The notes: generated by a model from the sequence alone, not told the origin. A stretch of 64,000 bases of DNA from Candidatus Zixiibacteriota bacterium (GCA_040752815.1 JBFMGC010000004.1:2551-66550), one strand, 5' to 3'; counted from the first letter of the stretch, positions 44,073-53,715 are shown. Translations and numbers: made by a program.

Positions 44073-45310
44073 ATCAGGCGATTCAACAACTGTGCAAATC
44101 GTTCCGCCAGCATGTCAGCGGAAAATTGCATGGCATAGGATGACAGGGGATTATAACAGTAGTTACCGTTAACGACATTTCGCACTTCTGCGACCAACAT
44201 ATCGGCAGCGGTGTCAAACGAGTCGTTATGAAAGCGACATACATTCTCGACAGGCGCAGTCACCCGGGCGACCTCGCTATCGGGTCGCGCATATATAAAC
44301 AGCGGTCGACCGGACGCTATCAACTCGAAGGTTCTCCCCGGCAAGAAACCGGGGCCATCGGCATCAGAGATGCCGAGAAATAAAACGTGAGCCTTGGCCA
44401 GGGTGCGAATAGTCTCCTCGCGGCTGAGGCGTCCGCGCAGGTCGAGCGCGATATCCAGGCCGTATTTGTCGACCAAGCCGCGGAACCAGGCCGGATCGAT
44501 CTGTCCCACCTGAAGCAGGCGAATTCGGCGAGGTGGGTCGGGGAGCTGCGCCCCGGCGAGCGAAAGCAGTTTCAGCAGCGGTTCTACCTCGCGCGTATCG
44601 TGCTGGTGTCCCATCAGTCCAATAGTGAACTGCTCTCCCGACGGCGGCGATATCCAGTGCTCGGCGTGCGAGAGATCAAATCCGTTCGGAATCGTCTCCC
44701 CCGCTCCGAGGTACTCGATTATTGACGGATTCACTGCGGTTAAGGCGGCAGCCCGTTGTTTGATACTGGCCAGTAGCCGCTCGGCTCTGCGGCGGCGACG
44801 AGTATCGCGGAAGACCTCGTCCGCCTTGTAGATCGTCCAGAAATCTCTGAAATCGGCGATCCACGGAACATCAGCGCCTTGCGCAAGCTCCATCCCGATC
44901 AAATGCGACGAAACCGGCGGCGACGTGCTTATGATCGCGTGATACTGATTCGCGCGGCAGAGTTTGTGGCCGAGCCGAACAGCGGGCCGTGCCCAGCCGA
45001 CTTTCGAATCGGGGAAGAACCGCTCGCTGACCGGGCGGGACCGGCTGATTGTCGACGCCCGCACCTGCCGTTTTCCCAGCAGATAAAGCAGCCGCTGGGG
45101 ATCGCATGAACATGAACGACGGATGCGAGACAAATCGAGCCCGTCAAGCAGCTCCGGTTCATAGGCGCGATAGAGCACCGGCTTCACCGTGAGGATATCA
45201 CAGTTCCAACCATGCGCCGGCAGGCACTTGAAGAGGTTCAGTGGCCGCCCCACTCCACCCAGACCGAGCGGCGGAAAATAGTAGCAGACCAGAAGCACGC
45301 GCCGATTCAT
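44069..45310 (-). CDS. GT-B fold glycosyltransferase (GT4-like)
   Basis: N-terminus RVLLVCYYFPPLGLGGVGRPLN. C-terminal LPGRTFELIASGRPLFIYA. ATGA overlaps at both ends. Confidence 0.65.
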   Translation of the reverse strand: MNRRVLLVCYYFPPLGLGGVGRPLNLFKCLPAHGWNCDILTVKPVLYRAYEPELLDGLDLSRIRRSCSCDPQRLLYLLGKRQVRASTISRSRPVSERFFPDSKVGWARPAVRLGHKLCRANQYHAIISTSPPVSSHLIGMELAQGADVPWIADFRDFWTIYKADEVFRDTRRRRRAERLLASIKQRAAALTAVNPSIIEYLGAGETIPNGFDLSHAEHWISPPSGEQFTIGLMGHQHDTREVEPLLKLLSLAGAQLPDPPRRIRLLQVGQIDPAWFRGLVDKYGLDIALDLRGRLSREETIRTLAKAHVLFLGISDADGPGFLPGRTFELIASGRPLFIYARPDSEVARVTAPVENVCRFHNDSFDTAADMLVAEVRNVVNGNYCYNPLSSYAMQFSADMLAERFAQLLNRLI

Positions 45311-46383
45311 GCGGAGCGCCTCGCTATAACTTCGCGGAAGACGTTAATCGTCTCGGCGATGTTGTTCTCGAAGATACCTCTTTGTTCGATCATCTCGGCA
45401 TTTCGGAGACGCATTTTCTCAAAATCCTGGTCCGCTGTCAGAATACGGGAAATCACCGACGACAAACTCTGTACGTCCGAGAGGTCAAAGAGAAAGCCGG
45501 AGTCTTTCGTCACCCATTCGCGCACGCCGGGGATATCGCCGATCACAGGGATCAGTCCCAGCCCCATGGCTTCGAGCAGAGACGCCGGCGATGAATCAGA
45601 AATCGCAGCCGAAAGGTATACGTCGTGCCCCGCGACGAACTCGAGATACTCCGGCCGCGGCAGCTTCTCGTAAAAAGCCACTCCCCGGCTGACCCGATGC
45701 GCTGCCTCATCCTTAAACCTCATCAGGAGTCCCCCGAAGTTAGGAAAAGTCAAGGTCACTTCGCCGGAATTGCACAGATCGGCCAATGCACGAATGATGA
45801 ACATGTTGTTGTACACCTCTTCATGCGGGCGCGGCGCCAGTATCCTCAGCGGGCGCGACAAGCTCATATTAGCACGTCGATATACCAAGTAATTCCGTTC
45901 AATCCCCCAGGCAATCGTTCTCGAATCACGCAGTTTGCCGATCTTGCTCGCCTCTTCCAGAATGAAGTCCGAATCGGCCAACACGCAGTCGGCCGATTCG
46001 AGCGCCAGTTTGGTCTTGTGGCGGTGAAATACCGACTTGTGCGGCCCGATCAAAATGTCGGAGCCCCACAGTTGCAGCACGATCGGCAACGAACTCCGCC
46101 GGTCGGCCAGCGCCGCCAGGAATCCGTAGCCGGAGGCGAAGTGCGGATTGACAATATCCGGCCGAGAACGCCTGAACAATGCGCGTACCTCCGACGCTCC
46201 CAGAGCATAGTGTAGCGCCTTGATCGGCCCGCGCCGACGCAGGGCATGATGCGGCATGGCGCCGGACTCGAGCGATGCCGTCAGCACTTCGCAGCCCTGG
46301 CGCTCCAGTTCGGCGGCATATCGTTCGGTGTGGAAGGCTCGGCTGTCCGCGAGCACCAATACCCGCAATGGCCGCTCGGTCAT
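45307..46383 (-). CDS. family-4 (group 1) glycosyltransferase
   Basis: LRVLVLADSRAFHTERY... and the C-terminal EX7E region SSPASLLEAMGLGLIPVIGDIPGVREWV. ATG at 46383 overlaps the upstream stop (ATGA). Confidence 0.85.
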   Translation of the reverse strand: MTERPLRVLVLADSRAFHTERYAAELERQGCEVLTASLESGAMPHHALRRRGPIKALHYALGASEVRALFRRSRPDIVNPHFASGYGFLAALADRRSSLPIVLQLWGSDILIGPHKSVFHRHKTKLALESADCVLADSDFILEEASKIGKLRDSRTIAWGIERNYLVYRRANMSLSRPLRILAPRPHEEVYNNMFIIRALADLCNSGEVTLTFPNFGGLLMRFKDEAAHRVSRGVAFYEKLPRPEYLEFVAGHDVYLSAAISDSSPASLLEAMGLGLIPVIGDIPGVREWVTKDSGFLFDLSDVQSLSSVISRILTADQDFEKMRLRNAEMIEQRGIFENNIAETINVFREVIARRSA

Positions 46384-47306
46384 AGCAGGCGGCCCAGCCA
46401 TGAGTATCGCCGCCAGCAGGGATACCGATAGACATCTCCACCCCATTTCATCTTATAGGCGGTCAGACTTTCGGCGTCAACGGGTGTCGCACCAAGATTG
46501 AGTATCCTGACTCCGCGCAGGGCGAGCTCGCGTGCGAGCGAATACGTAATCAGCTGGTTCGGCTTCAGTGACGAGAAACGCTTGTCGAAGTACACCTGCC
46601 AGTTGAGCAGCATGTCGCCCTCGACAAAGTAGATATGTGACGCCGCCAGTTCGTCGCCCTGCTCGCACACGAGCCAGCGAATGCGCATGTCGGTCATCGC
46701 GAGACGCCCCAACGCCCGGTAGAACTCGCCCGAGTACCGGGGTACCCGGCCATGTCGTTTTTCGGTACGGGACATGAGGTCGAGGAACGGATCGAGATGT
46801 CGGTTCAGGCTGAAATCCCGCACAGGTACTTCTTCGCGGAGAGCCTTGCGGATTTCAGACTGGAGCTTCTTGTCCGGCGGCAGCCAGTTGCCCGATCCAA
46901 TATCCACTTGGTTGGTCTCACACTCTATCCGCTCATAGCCGGCGACTGTGCCTAACTGACCGTAATAGTCATGGATGTATACTTTGCTAAACGTCTGCGA
47001 TGCAATCGAGGCAGCGAATTGTCCGACAATCGCCGCCTTGTCGGCTGCTCCCTCAAGAAAGTGCGCCCTGGTATAAAGCCCGTCGGGCATCGCCTGCAGC
47101 CTGGCCAGGCGGCCCGTCCCAAACTGCACGCTCGGTAGAACGGCTATCAGCTTCTCACGCTCGAACCAGGCCCAGTACACGGCGAGACCACCCATAGTCT
47201 CCCAAAGTGACACAAACGTCGGCGAACCAAGAAGCGTCCGGCGTTGCAGCCAGACCGCCGCGTGGGACGGCAGCTCTTCGGTCAGAAGTCTGCGCACGTG
47301 TGTCAC
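46380..47306 (-). CDS. FemAB/BioF2-like GNAT-fold acyl- or aminoacyl-transferase
   Basis: The C-terminal region DELAASHIYFVEGDMLLNWQVYFDKRFSSLKPNQLITYSLARELALRGVRILNLG...YKMKWGG fits the FemAB-like acetyltransferase pattern. GTG at 47306 overlaps the upstream stop (GTGA). Confidence 0.6.
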   Translation of the reverse strand: MTHVRRLLTEELPSHAAVWLQRRTLLGSPTFVSLWETMGGLAVYWAWFEREKLIAVLPSVQFGTGRLARLQAMPDGLYTRAHFLEGAADKAAIVGQFAASIASQTFSKVYIHDYYGQLGTVAGYERIECETNQVDIGSGNWLPPDKKLQSEIRKALREEVPVRDFSLNRHLDPFLDLMSRTEKRHGRVPRYSGEFYRALGRLAMTDMRIRWLVCEQGDELAASHIYFVEGDMLLNWQVYFDKRFSSLKPNQLITYSLARELALRGVRILNLGATPVDAESLTAYKMKWGGDVYRYPCWRRYSWLGRLL

Positions 47307-49519
47307 TTGCGCACCAGCAGGAATTTTCCGCGGCCTACGTTGCCTAGTTCGTCGGTGAGCACGAACAAGTATACCCCCGAGGCCACGGGTTCGCCTGAAT
47401 CGTTGCGGCCGTCCCACACCGGCTCGGCCGTCTCCGCCACAAGTTCGCCGGCAACAGTGAAAATCCGAAGGCGCGCGTTGCCCGAGAAATTGAAATTGAG
47501 CAGGTCCTCGGCCGAGGTTATCACATAGGGATTGGGAAAAGCGTAGGCTTCGGCTACTTTATCGGTCGGCGGACCTATTGTTGACAAGACCACCGAGACT
47601 CCGGAAGAAGTTGCCACGTACAAATTCCCTGTAGTGTTGTCAAAGGTCAGATTGTTGACAAAATCCGCCAGCAGACCGCTGTTGCGCTCGGTGTAGACCG
47701 TGATTTCGCCGTTCAGATAATCAACTCGCCCCAGCCCGTTCTTGGCTCCGATCCAAGCGTTGCCGCGGCTGTCGAACTCAAGCGCCGTGATGTCCGGCCC
47801 GAACCCGGCGGGCAGCGTGACCTCGACAAAACTCTCGATGCTGAGATCGAATCGCGATATACCGAGACTGGCGCCCACCCAAAGCTCCCCCTTCGGCGAG
47901 AAACGCACCACCCGCACAACGTCGGAGTTGATGCGATACCGGAAGTTCGGATGCGCCTCGTAATAGTGGTTCAGAGTGTCATCGGCCTTGTTGAACGGGT
48001 CGGCCCCGTAATAATAGTAAAAGACCCCGGCCAGACCGGAACCGACCGCGATGGCGTGATTATACTCATCGACCGAGACCATTTGGCCGCCATTGAGACC
48101 GTCACTGACCCCCAGCGTGGTCCACCCGCTGATGCTGTCCATTTCGTCCAGGGCGGCGATAGCCAGGCGGGTGTCGTCGCGCGGCTCGAAATTGACACCG
48201 AAGAAATAGTTGTCAGTGATCTTGAGGTCAAAGCACACGACATAATTCGATCCAACGCTGCCGGCCTCCTGCAGAGTGGAATTCAACGCCGTGAACTGCG
48301 CTACGGTATCGCCAATCCGTGACATCCCGGCGCCGAACGTCGCCACGTAGAAATTCCCGTTACGGTCGGCCTGCATGGCCAGTCCCCGGCTACGGACGTT
48401 GACCGGCCAGTGCACCCATTGGTCCCCCTGCTGCTCGTACGGCCCGTCGACGCGAAAGAGAAACATCAGGCGGTTATCAGGCGAACGGGTCACGTCGACT
48501 ACATCATTATCAGGCAGACCCGTGTACGGGTATGCGGCATAGTCCGTGCCGACCTGGTAGTAAAGCCCACCGTCAACTCGCCCGAACCACCGCGTACCCT
48601 GAAAGACCGCCCCGCAGCGGGCTCCGCCGGACATGCCTGGCGTGGCGATACTGGACACGGCGCCGCTTTTTACAACACCGACCACAAAGCGCGCGAAGGT
48701 AAATAGCGAGTCATTTCGGACCGTCAACTGGTAAACCGGGCGCCCCACGGAGAACGGCATCTGCGTGAACGAATTCAAGGCATCATTCCACCAAAACAGG
48801 CCGAAATCAGTACCGACATAGACACGACCCTCGAACACAGCGACACAGCGAATTGTATCCCCACCCAGCTCGGGATAATCGGTGTATCGATAACCAATCC
48901 AATTAGCCGGCGATTTCAATGCCAGATGGTTGGTGCGTTTAGCGGTCGCCAGACCAGCCGAGGTAGCCAGATAGATGCTGTCGCCGGAGACTGCGATATC
49001 AAGCACCAGCGGCGCGGGGTTGAGATCGTCGAATAATTGGAAGGCATCTTGTATTTGGCCGCCGCCGATAACTTTGGAAAAGAGGATCAGGCCGACATCA
49101 CACCCGACCCACAGGGCGTCGCCGTCGTCGACCACCCGCACCAGGCGGAACGGATCGCCCTCGTTGTCGACTACGGGATACATCATAGTGGCGGCCCCGT
49201 CCCACCTGACCAGCCGGCCTTTCCCAGCGACCCAGGTGGAGCCACCAGCGTCCTGAATGATGTCGCCGATATCAACTGTGCCGAGATCGCTCAGGTTGGT
49301 GTACTGGCGACCGGGTCGAGCGGCATCGGTTATGGCGAGCAAACCGCCCGAAGTAACCACATAGAGGGTGTCGTCAATCACGGCCATGCGGCGGGCATCG
49401 GAAAACGATGTCAGGCTTCGCCACTCGTACGCGCGCGCAACCGCACTCGAGATCCCGAGTACGACAACTGCCGCGATTGCTAGGTTGCGCGTGATGCTCT
49501 CACCTTTTTCAGAACCCAT
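47303..49519 (-). CDS. secreted beta-propeller repeat protein (two-component-regulator-propeller type repeats) with T9SS C-terminal sorting domain
   Basis: Signal/anchor LAIAAVVVLGISSAVARA. Many repeats of the form D..G..WVG...GL..F/W. C-terminus FPNPYV...RLRIFTVAGELV...ASGVYLFVL...GKFLLVRK. Its start overlaps the lnt 3' end by 40 nt. Confidence 0.8.
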   Translation of the reverse strand: MGSEKGESITRNLAIAAVVVLGISSAVARAYEWRSLTSFSDARRMAVIDDTLYVVTSGGLLAITDAARPGRQYTNLSDLGTVDIGDIIQDAGGSTWVAGKGRLVRWDGAATMMYPVVDNEGDPFRLVRVVDDGDALWVGCDVGLILFSKVIGGGQIQDAFQLFDDLNPAPLVLDIAVSGDSIYLATSAGLATAKRTNHLALKSPANWIGYRYTDYPELGGDTIRCVAVFEGRVYVGTDFGLFWWNDALNSFTQMPFSVGRPVYQLTVRNDSLFTFARFVVGVVKSGAVSSIATPGMSGGARCGAVFQGTRWFGRVDGGLYYQVGTDYAAYPYTGLPDNDVVDVTRSPDNRLMFLFRVDGPYEQQGDQWVHWPVNVRSRGLAMQADRNGNFYVATFGAGMSRIGDTVAQFTALNSTLQEAGSVGSNYVVCFDLKITDNYFFGVNFEPRDDTRLAIAALDEMDSISGWTTLGVSDGLNGGQMVSVDEYNHAIAVGSGLAGVFYYYYGADPFNKADDTLNHYYEAHPNFRYRINSDVVRVVRFSPKGELWVGASLGISRFDLSIESFVEVTLPAGFGPDITALEFDSRGNAWIGAKNGLGRVDYLNGEITVYTERNSGLLADFVNNLTFDNTTGNLYVATSSGVSVVLSTIGPPTDKVAEAYAFPNPYVITSAEDLLNFNFSGNARLRIFTVAGELVAETAEPVWDGRNDSGEPVASGVYLFVLTDELGNVGRGKFLLVRK

Positions 49520-51039
49520 GCCAGGGGCAATATAACGGCCAGAACGAGCGTGATCAAGAACGACAACTTGCCGGCGACGTCACCCGTGCGAGTGAACAAC
49601 GAAAACCCGTCCAGGAGGCTGATCTTCGCCGTCAGTGGGGACACTGCGTCGAGCGGCAGTTGCTCGCGTATGCGGCCGTGGGCATCGACCACGTAACTGA
49701 GACCGCTGTTGGCGGCGCGCACACCCCAGCAGCGGTTCTCTACCGCGCGAGTGACAAACACCCGGGAGTGCATGTGGATGCCGACCGAGTGGCCGAACCA
49801 GGTATCGTTGGTGATCTCCACTATGAAATCGGCGCCGTCAAGAATCAGCTTCCGAACATACTCCGGGAACGTGACCTCGTAGCAGATCAGCGGGCCGAAC
49901 AGTGAGCCGGACGCTTCGAACAACATCGCCGAGTCGCCCGGATAGAAATCCGACCAGAAGGGAACATCGTAAGTCTCGATGAAGGACAGATACCGGGTGA
50001 TGAATTCCTTTCGCAGAAACGGGAGTTGGTCCTGGTACGGCGACTGTTCGGTAAACGGCACCAGCTTGACCTTGTCGTATCGTCCGCCCTGTCTGCCGGT
50101 CGAATCAAAGAAGTAAGCGGAGTTGAAGTGACGCCAGTTCTCGCCCAGGCGCATGGCCCCCAGGGCTCCGACCAGGTGACAGGTTGACATATCAGCAGCG
50201 AGATTCGCAAGTTGGGAGCGACGGGCCTCGTCGTGCGACACGTAGCTGGGGGCGGCGGTTTCCGGCCACACCACGAGATTGACTCTTTCACCCAGCGAGC
50301 GGGCCAGCGAATCATACAGCTTGAAGCTGTATTCCTCGTTATCCTCGGCCCACTTCACATTGACCGGCACCGAGCCCTGCAGGATCGCGACCGGGTACTT
50401 GCCCGGTATCTGAATCGGCGGAGTGACCGCCCAGCCGCAGGCGATCAACAGCACGACAATCCCCAGCGAAACCCAGCCGGCAGTGACCCGGCGGGCGATA
50501 TCTACCTCGCGCCTCAGTATCTGCCACAGCAGGATATTGACCACCAGAATGAGAAACGACAGGCCGTGGACGCCGATCAGAGACACTACCTGCAGAATGT
50601 ACAGGTAGTAGCTCTGGGTGTAACCGAGATCAGACCACGGGAAAGCAAACTCGGAGAGTGTGCGAAAGTATTCTAGCCCGACCCAGAGAAAGGGCAGGGC
50701 GACAATTCCGTAGATCGGTTTGAACCGGTACAGCTTGTTGAAGATGCTGAAGATCGCGGCAAAGTAAAGCGAGACAATTGCCACGGCCGAGAATACTCCC
50801 GGCGGCGATACCTGCGCGACCCAGTAAAGCGAGAAGGCATTAAAACAGAACGCAAACAGATAGGCCGAGCTGAAGGCGGCTCGTCCCGGCATGCGCGATA
50901 TGATCATGATCGGCCGCACGAGCGAGAACCACGCGAGAAAGCCGGGCCAGTCGGGATAAAACGCCAGGGACAGAAGAAACGCCCAGATCGTCAATTCCAG
51001 GCGTCGCTTTCTGACCTCCACGTCCCGGGGGAGGATCAA
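49480..51039 (-). CDS. lnt: apolipoprotein N-acyltransferase
   Basis: N-terminal polytopic membrane domain plus a CN-hydrolase domain with Glu (VVWPETA), Lys (YDKVKLVPF) and Cys (LICYEVTFPE). Confidence 0.92.
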   Translation of the reverse strand: MILPRDVEVRKRRLELTIWAFLLSLAFYPDWPGFLAWFSLVRPIMIISRMPGRAAFSSAYLFAFCFNAFSLYWVAQVSPPGVFSAVAIVSLYFAAIFSIFNKLYRFKPIYGIVALPFLWVGLEYFRTLSEFAFPWSDLGYTQSYYLYILQVVSLIGVHGLSFLILVVNILLWQILRREVDIARRVTAGWVSLGIVVLLIACGWAVTPPIQIPGKYPVAILQGSVPVNVKWAEDNEEYSFKLYDSLARSLGERVNLVVWPETAAPSYVSHDEARRSQLANLAADMSTCHLVGALGAMRLGENWRHFNSAYFFDSTGRQGGRYDKVKLVPFTEQSPYQDQLPFLRKEFITRYLSFIETYDVPFWSDFYPGDSAMLFEASGSLFGPLICYEVTFPEYVRKLILDGADFIVEITNDTWFGHSVGIHMHSRVFVTRAVENRCWGVRAANSGLSYVVDAHGRIREQLPLDAVSPLTAKISLLDGFSLFTRTGDVAGKLSFLITLVLAVILPLAWVLKKVRASRAT

Positions 51040-51130
51040 ATCACCGAGTCGTTTAAGAAATCCAGCCAGAATGGAACCTCAAAGTCTGGTATAGTAGACA
51101 TCCCTGGCGCGCGGTGCTTGCCGTACAAGC

Positions 51131-51157
51131 CGGCAGATGTGGACATCTGCCGGGCAC
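51131..51157. repeat. REP family 1 copy
   Basis: CGGCAGATG-TGGA-CATCTGCCG followed by GGCAC. A solo right arm, CATCTGCCGGGCAC, repeats at 51184-51197. Confidence 0.8.
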
Positions 51158-51202
51158 GGTAGCATAAACGGCCCAATATCGGGCATCTGCCGGGCACTCT
51201 TG

Positions 51203-51231
51203 GTGCGTGGTGCACGTCCCCGTCCACCACG
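51203..51231. repeat. REP family 2 copy
   Basis: GTGCGTGGTGCACGTCCCCGTCCACCACG is 27/29 identical to 63023-63051. It has an internal hairpin CGTGGTG..CACCACG. Confidence 0.8.
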
Positions 51232-51251
51232 TCGGTCGAAACAACGACCAA

Positions 51252-52475
51252 TCACGCGCCCACCAGGTGCAGCGTGCCGAGCAGATTCTGCACCTGCGGC
51301 ATGATGTCGAGCCCGGTCATAAACCCAAGTCCGCCGCCGGTACAGGCCCTTTCCGAAAACGCCTTCACGCTGTCCACCCGCACGCCCCGGCCATGAAACA
51401 TGATCGGCACCGGGTCCGCCGAGTGGGCTTTCATCTCACACGGCGTGCTGTGATCGGCGGTCCACACCAACAGCGTATCCTCGCCGAGACCGGACAATAT
51501 CGGCACGGCGCGGTCGATCTTCTCGATAAAGTCACGCTTACCGTTATAGTTGCCATCCTCGCCCAGCGAATCGGCCGCTTTCACGTGCACGAACGCGAAA
51601 TCGTAAATCCGCAGACTGTCCACTGCCAGCTTGAACTTGTTTTCGATATTCGTGTCGGGTAGCGCGGTCGCGCCGGGGACATCGAGAATGTCCATACCGA
51701 GATAGGCTCCCACGCCTTTGTACAAGCCGCCGCCGGCTATACAGCAGGCCTTGAGGCCGTACTTCTGTTGGAAGCCGGGCGCCTCTTTGTACTGCCCCGC
51801 TCCGCGCACCAACAGGTAATTAGCAGGCAATTCCCCACGGGAGACCCGCTCTTTGTTCAGGGAGTGCTCGCTGAGTACGTCGTATGATTTGGCGAGAAAT
51901 CGGTTGAGAACGTCCGCGGTCTTCTTCGCTTCGGGAGTGTTGACGGTGGGCGTTACGTCACGAAGCGGAAGGTCTGCCTTATGCGGATCGGCGTCGATGA
52001 TAGCGTCAGACAGTCCCGCTCCTCTCATGATCACCCCAGCACGGTGGGCTGTCCCCGGCCTAACGATAAACGTCACATCGTCAATTTTCATGCCGTCGAG
52101 AGCCTCACACAGCGGGGCCACCACACGGATTCGTCCGGCTCGACGATCGGTAATCATGCCGTTCACAACGGTCCCCATATTGCCGCGCAGGGCGACATCG
52201 CCCCCCTTGAGTTTCATACCAAGTCCGGCGACTTCTATTGGTCCGCGGCCGGAATAGTATTTGGCGATGTCATAGCCGAAAATAGTCAGGTGAGCGGTGT
52301 CGCTGCCGGGGGTGTGCCCGCGCCCGAGCGTATGCATCATGCCGCACTCGCTCTCGGTCGCGAGACGGTCGAGATTAGGCGTCCGGGCAGCCTCGAGCGG
52401 TGTCAGTCCGCCCAGCTCCGGCACCGGACGGTCGCCCAGCCCGTCGCAAATCACGATGACAACCTTCTTGAGCAT
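51252..52475 (-). CDS. apgM: cofactor-independent phosphoglycerate mutase, archaeal-type (ApgM family)
   Basis: VVIVICDGLGDRPVPELGGLTPLEAARTPNLDRLA, HVKAADSLGEDGN, WTADHSTPC. Confidence 0.88.
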   Translation of the reverse strand: MLKKVVIVICDGLGDRPVPELGGLTPLEAARTPNLDRLATESECGMMHTLGRGHTPGSDTAHLTIFGYDIAKYYSGRGPIEVAGLGMKLKGGDVALRGNMGTVVNGMITDRRAGRIRVVAPLCEALDGMKIDDVTFIVRPGTAHRAGVIMRGAGLSDAIIDADPHKADLPLRDVTPTVNTPEAKKTADVLNRFLAKSYDVLSEHSLNKERVSRGELPANYLLVRGAGQYKEAPGFQQKYGLKACCIAGGGLYKGVGAYLGMDILDVPGATALPDTNIENKFKLAVDSLRIYDFAFVHVKAADSLGEDGNYNGKRDFIEKIDRAVPILSGLGEDTLLVWTADHSTPCEMKAHSADPVPIMFHGRGVRVDSVKAFSERACTGGGLGFMTGLDIMPQVQNLLGTLHLVGA

Positions 52476-52521
52476 TAGCTTTCCCTTTCAAGCCTGTGAA
52501 TCGGTTAGCGCATGATGGCGC

Positions 52522-53571
52522 TCAGACCAGGACGACCTTATGATCGCCTTTAATAATCTCGCCGATCTCGTACCCCCGTTCGCCCTGCTCGGCCAGCCTA
52601 TCGATCACCGGGCCGACCGCCTCGGGAGCCACCACAATGATATACCCCACCCCCATGTTAAACGCCCGATACATCTCTTCGTCGTCGATTTCTCCTTCCT
52701 TCTGCAGGAAATCGAATATCGGCGGGATCGGCATGACATGTCGCCGGATTCTCGCCGACAGCCGGTCCGGCAGGATCCGGTTCAAATTGCCCGGTATTCC
52801 GCCGCCGGTGATATGCGCCATCCCTTTGATCTGGTGGTCTTTCAGCAGCGGGTGAATCACGGGGGCATAGCAGCGGTGCACCTGCATGAGGGCATGCTCG
52901 ATGGTCATATTACTGTCGGGAAGCAGGTCGCCCGGCTCGAGCCCGGCGATGTCAAAAACTACTTTTCGCGCCAGGGAATACCCGTTGGTATGAAGGCCGT
53001 TCGACGCCAGCCCGATACATATGTCACCCACCCGAATCGATGAACCGTTGACGATGTGATGCTCATCGACCGCCCCCACGATAAACCCGGCCAGATCGTA
53101 TTCGCCGGGGGCGTAGAAATCCGGCATTTCGGCGGTCTCACCGCCCAAAAGCGCCATCCCGACTTTCTGACATCCATGACTGAAGCCAGCGACAATGTCC
53201 GCGATTACGTCCGGTCTCAACTTGCCGGTAGCGATATAGTCGAGAAAAAACAGCGGCCGGGCGCCGTGGACCAGGATGTCATTCACACAGTGGTTGACCA
53301 GATCCTCGCCGACCGTGTCATGCTTTCCGGTCATGAAGGCGAGTTTGAGCTTGGTGCCGACACCGTCGGCCGACGCAATCAGCACCGGGCTTTTGAGCCC
53401 TTTGAAATCCGGCCGAAAGAAGCCCCCGAATGAGCCGATTTCGCTCAGCACCTGGCTGTTGAAGGTCTTGCGCGCCAGCGCCTTGATTCGCTCCACCGCC
53501 TGGTCACCGGCCTTGATATCGACCCCGGCCTCGGCGTAGGTGATACCTTTCCTGCGAGGGGGCTTATCCAT
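52522..53571 (-). CDS. purM: phosphoribosylformylglycinamidine cyclo-ligase (AIR synthetase)
   Basis: YAEAGVDIKAG..., DGVGTKLK, NDILVHGA, HITGGG. The ATG at 53571 is preferred over the ORF-track TTG at 53607, and neither has a clear RBS. Confidence 0.93.
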   Translation of the reverse strand: MDKPPRRKGITYAEAGVDIKAGDQAVERIKALARKTFNSQVLSEIGSFGGFFRPDFKGLKSPVLIASADGVGTKLKLAFMTGKHDTVGEDLVNHCVNDILVHGARPLFFLDYIATGKLRPDVIADIVAGFSHGCQKVGMALLGGETAEMPDFYAPGEYDLAGFIVGAVDEHHIVNGSSIRVGDICIGLASNGLHTNGYSLARKVVFDIAGLEPGDLLPDSNMTIEHALMQVHRCYAPVIHPLLKDHQIKGMAHITGGGIPGNLNRILPDRLSARIRRHVMPIPPIFDFLQKEGEIDDEEMYRAFNMGVGYIIVVAPEAVGPVIDRLAEQGERGYEIGEIIKGDHKVVLV

Positions 53572-53681
53572 GGGCGGGAAGGTATTGGAGCGTGGGTAGG
53601 AAGTCAACCTTTTGGTCTGATGGGGATGCTGACTCCTGTAGGACAGGACCGCTTCAATCCCGCCAGTGATAAGGACTAAAT

Positions 53682-53715
53682 GGCAGAATCACTCCGCCGT
53701 TGCGCGGCAGGATAC
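53682..53715. repeat. 34-nt intergenic repeat (GGCAGAATCACTCC...), copy 1
   Basis: 28/34 identical, without gaps, to 55591-55624. The first 14 nt are identical. Confidence 0.65.

Noticed and set aside
43176-47417. Horizontal-transfer island or mobile element carrying the glycosyltransferase cassette.
   Set aside because: There is no integrase, transposase, flanking direct repeats or tRNA. By eye the composition is not clearly different from the neighbouring genes. I cannot compute GC or codon statistics here, so this is left as not supported rather than excluded.
51131-51231. A CRISPR array, suggested by repeated palindromic units.
   Set aside because: There are only two or three units. They are of different families, irregularly spaced, lack spacer-sized unique inserts, and no cas genes are nearby. 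REP-like elements are the better explanation.
51036-51251. 71-aa and 63-aa ORFs between lnt and apgM. Related cases are ORFs 4063-4401, 4110-4337 and 4028-4237, and 55425-55739.
   Set aside because: They are composed almost entirely of the REP-type palindromic repeats in intergenic DNA. They have no RBS and no protein-like composition.
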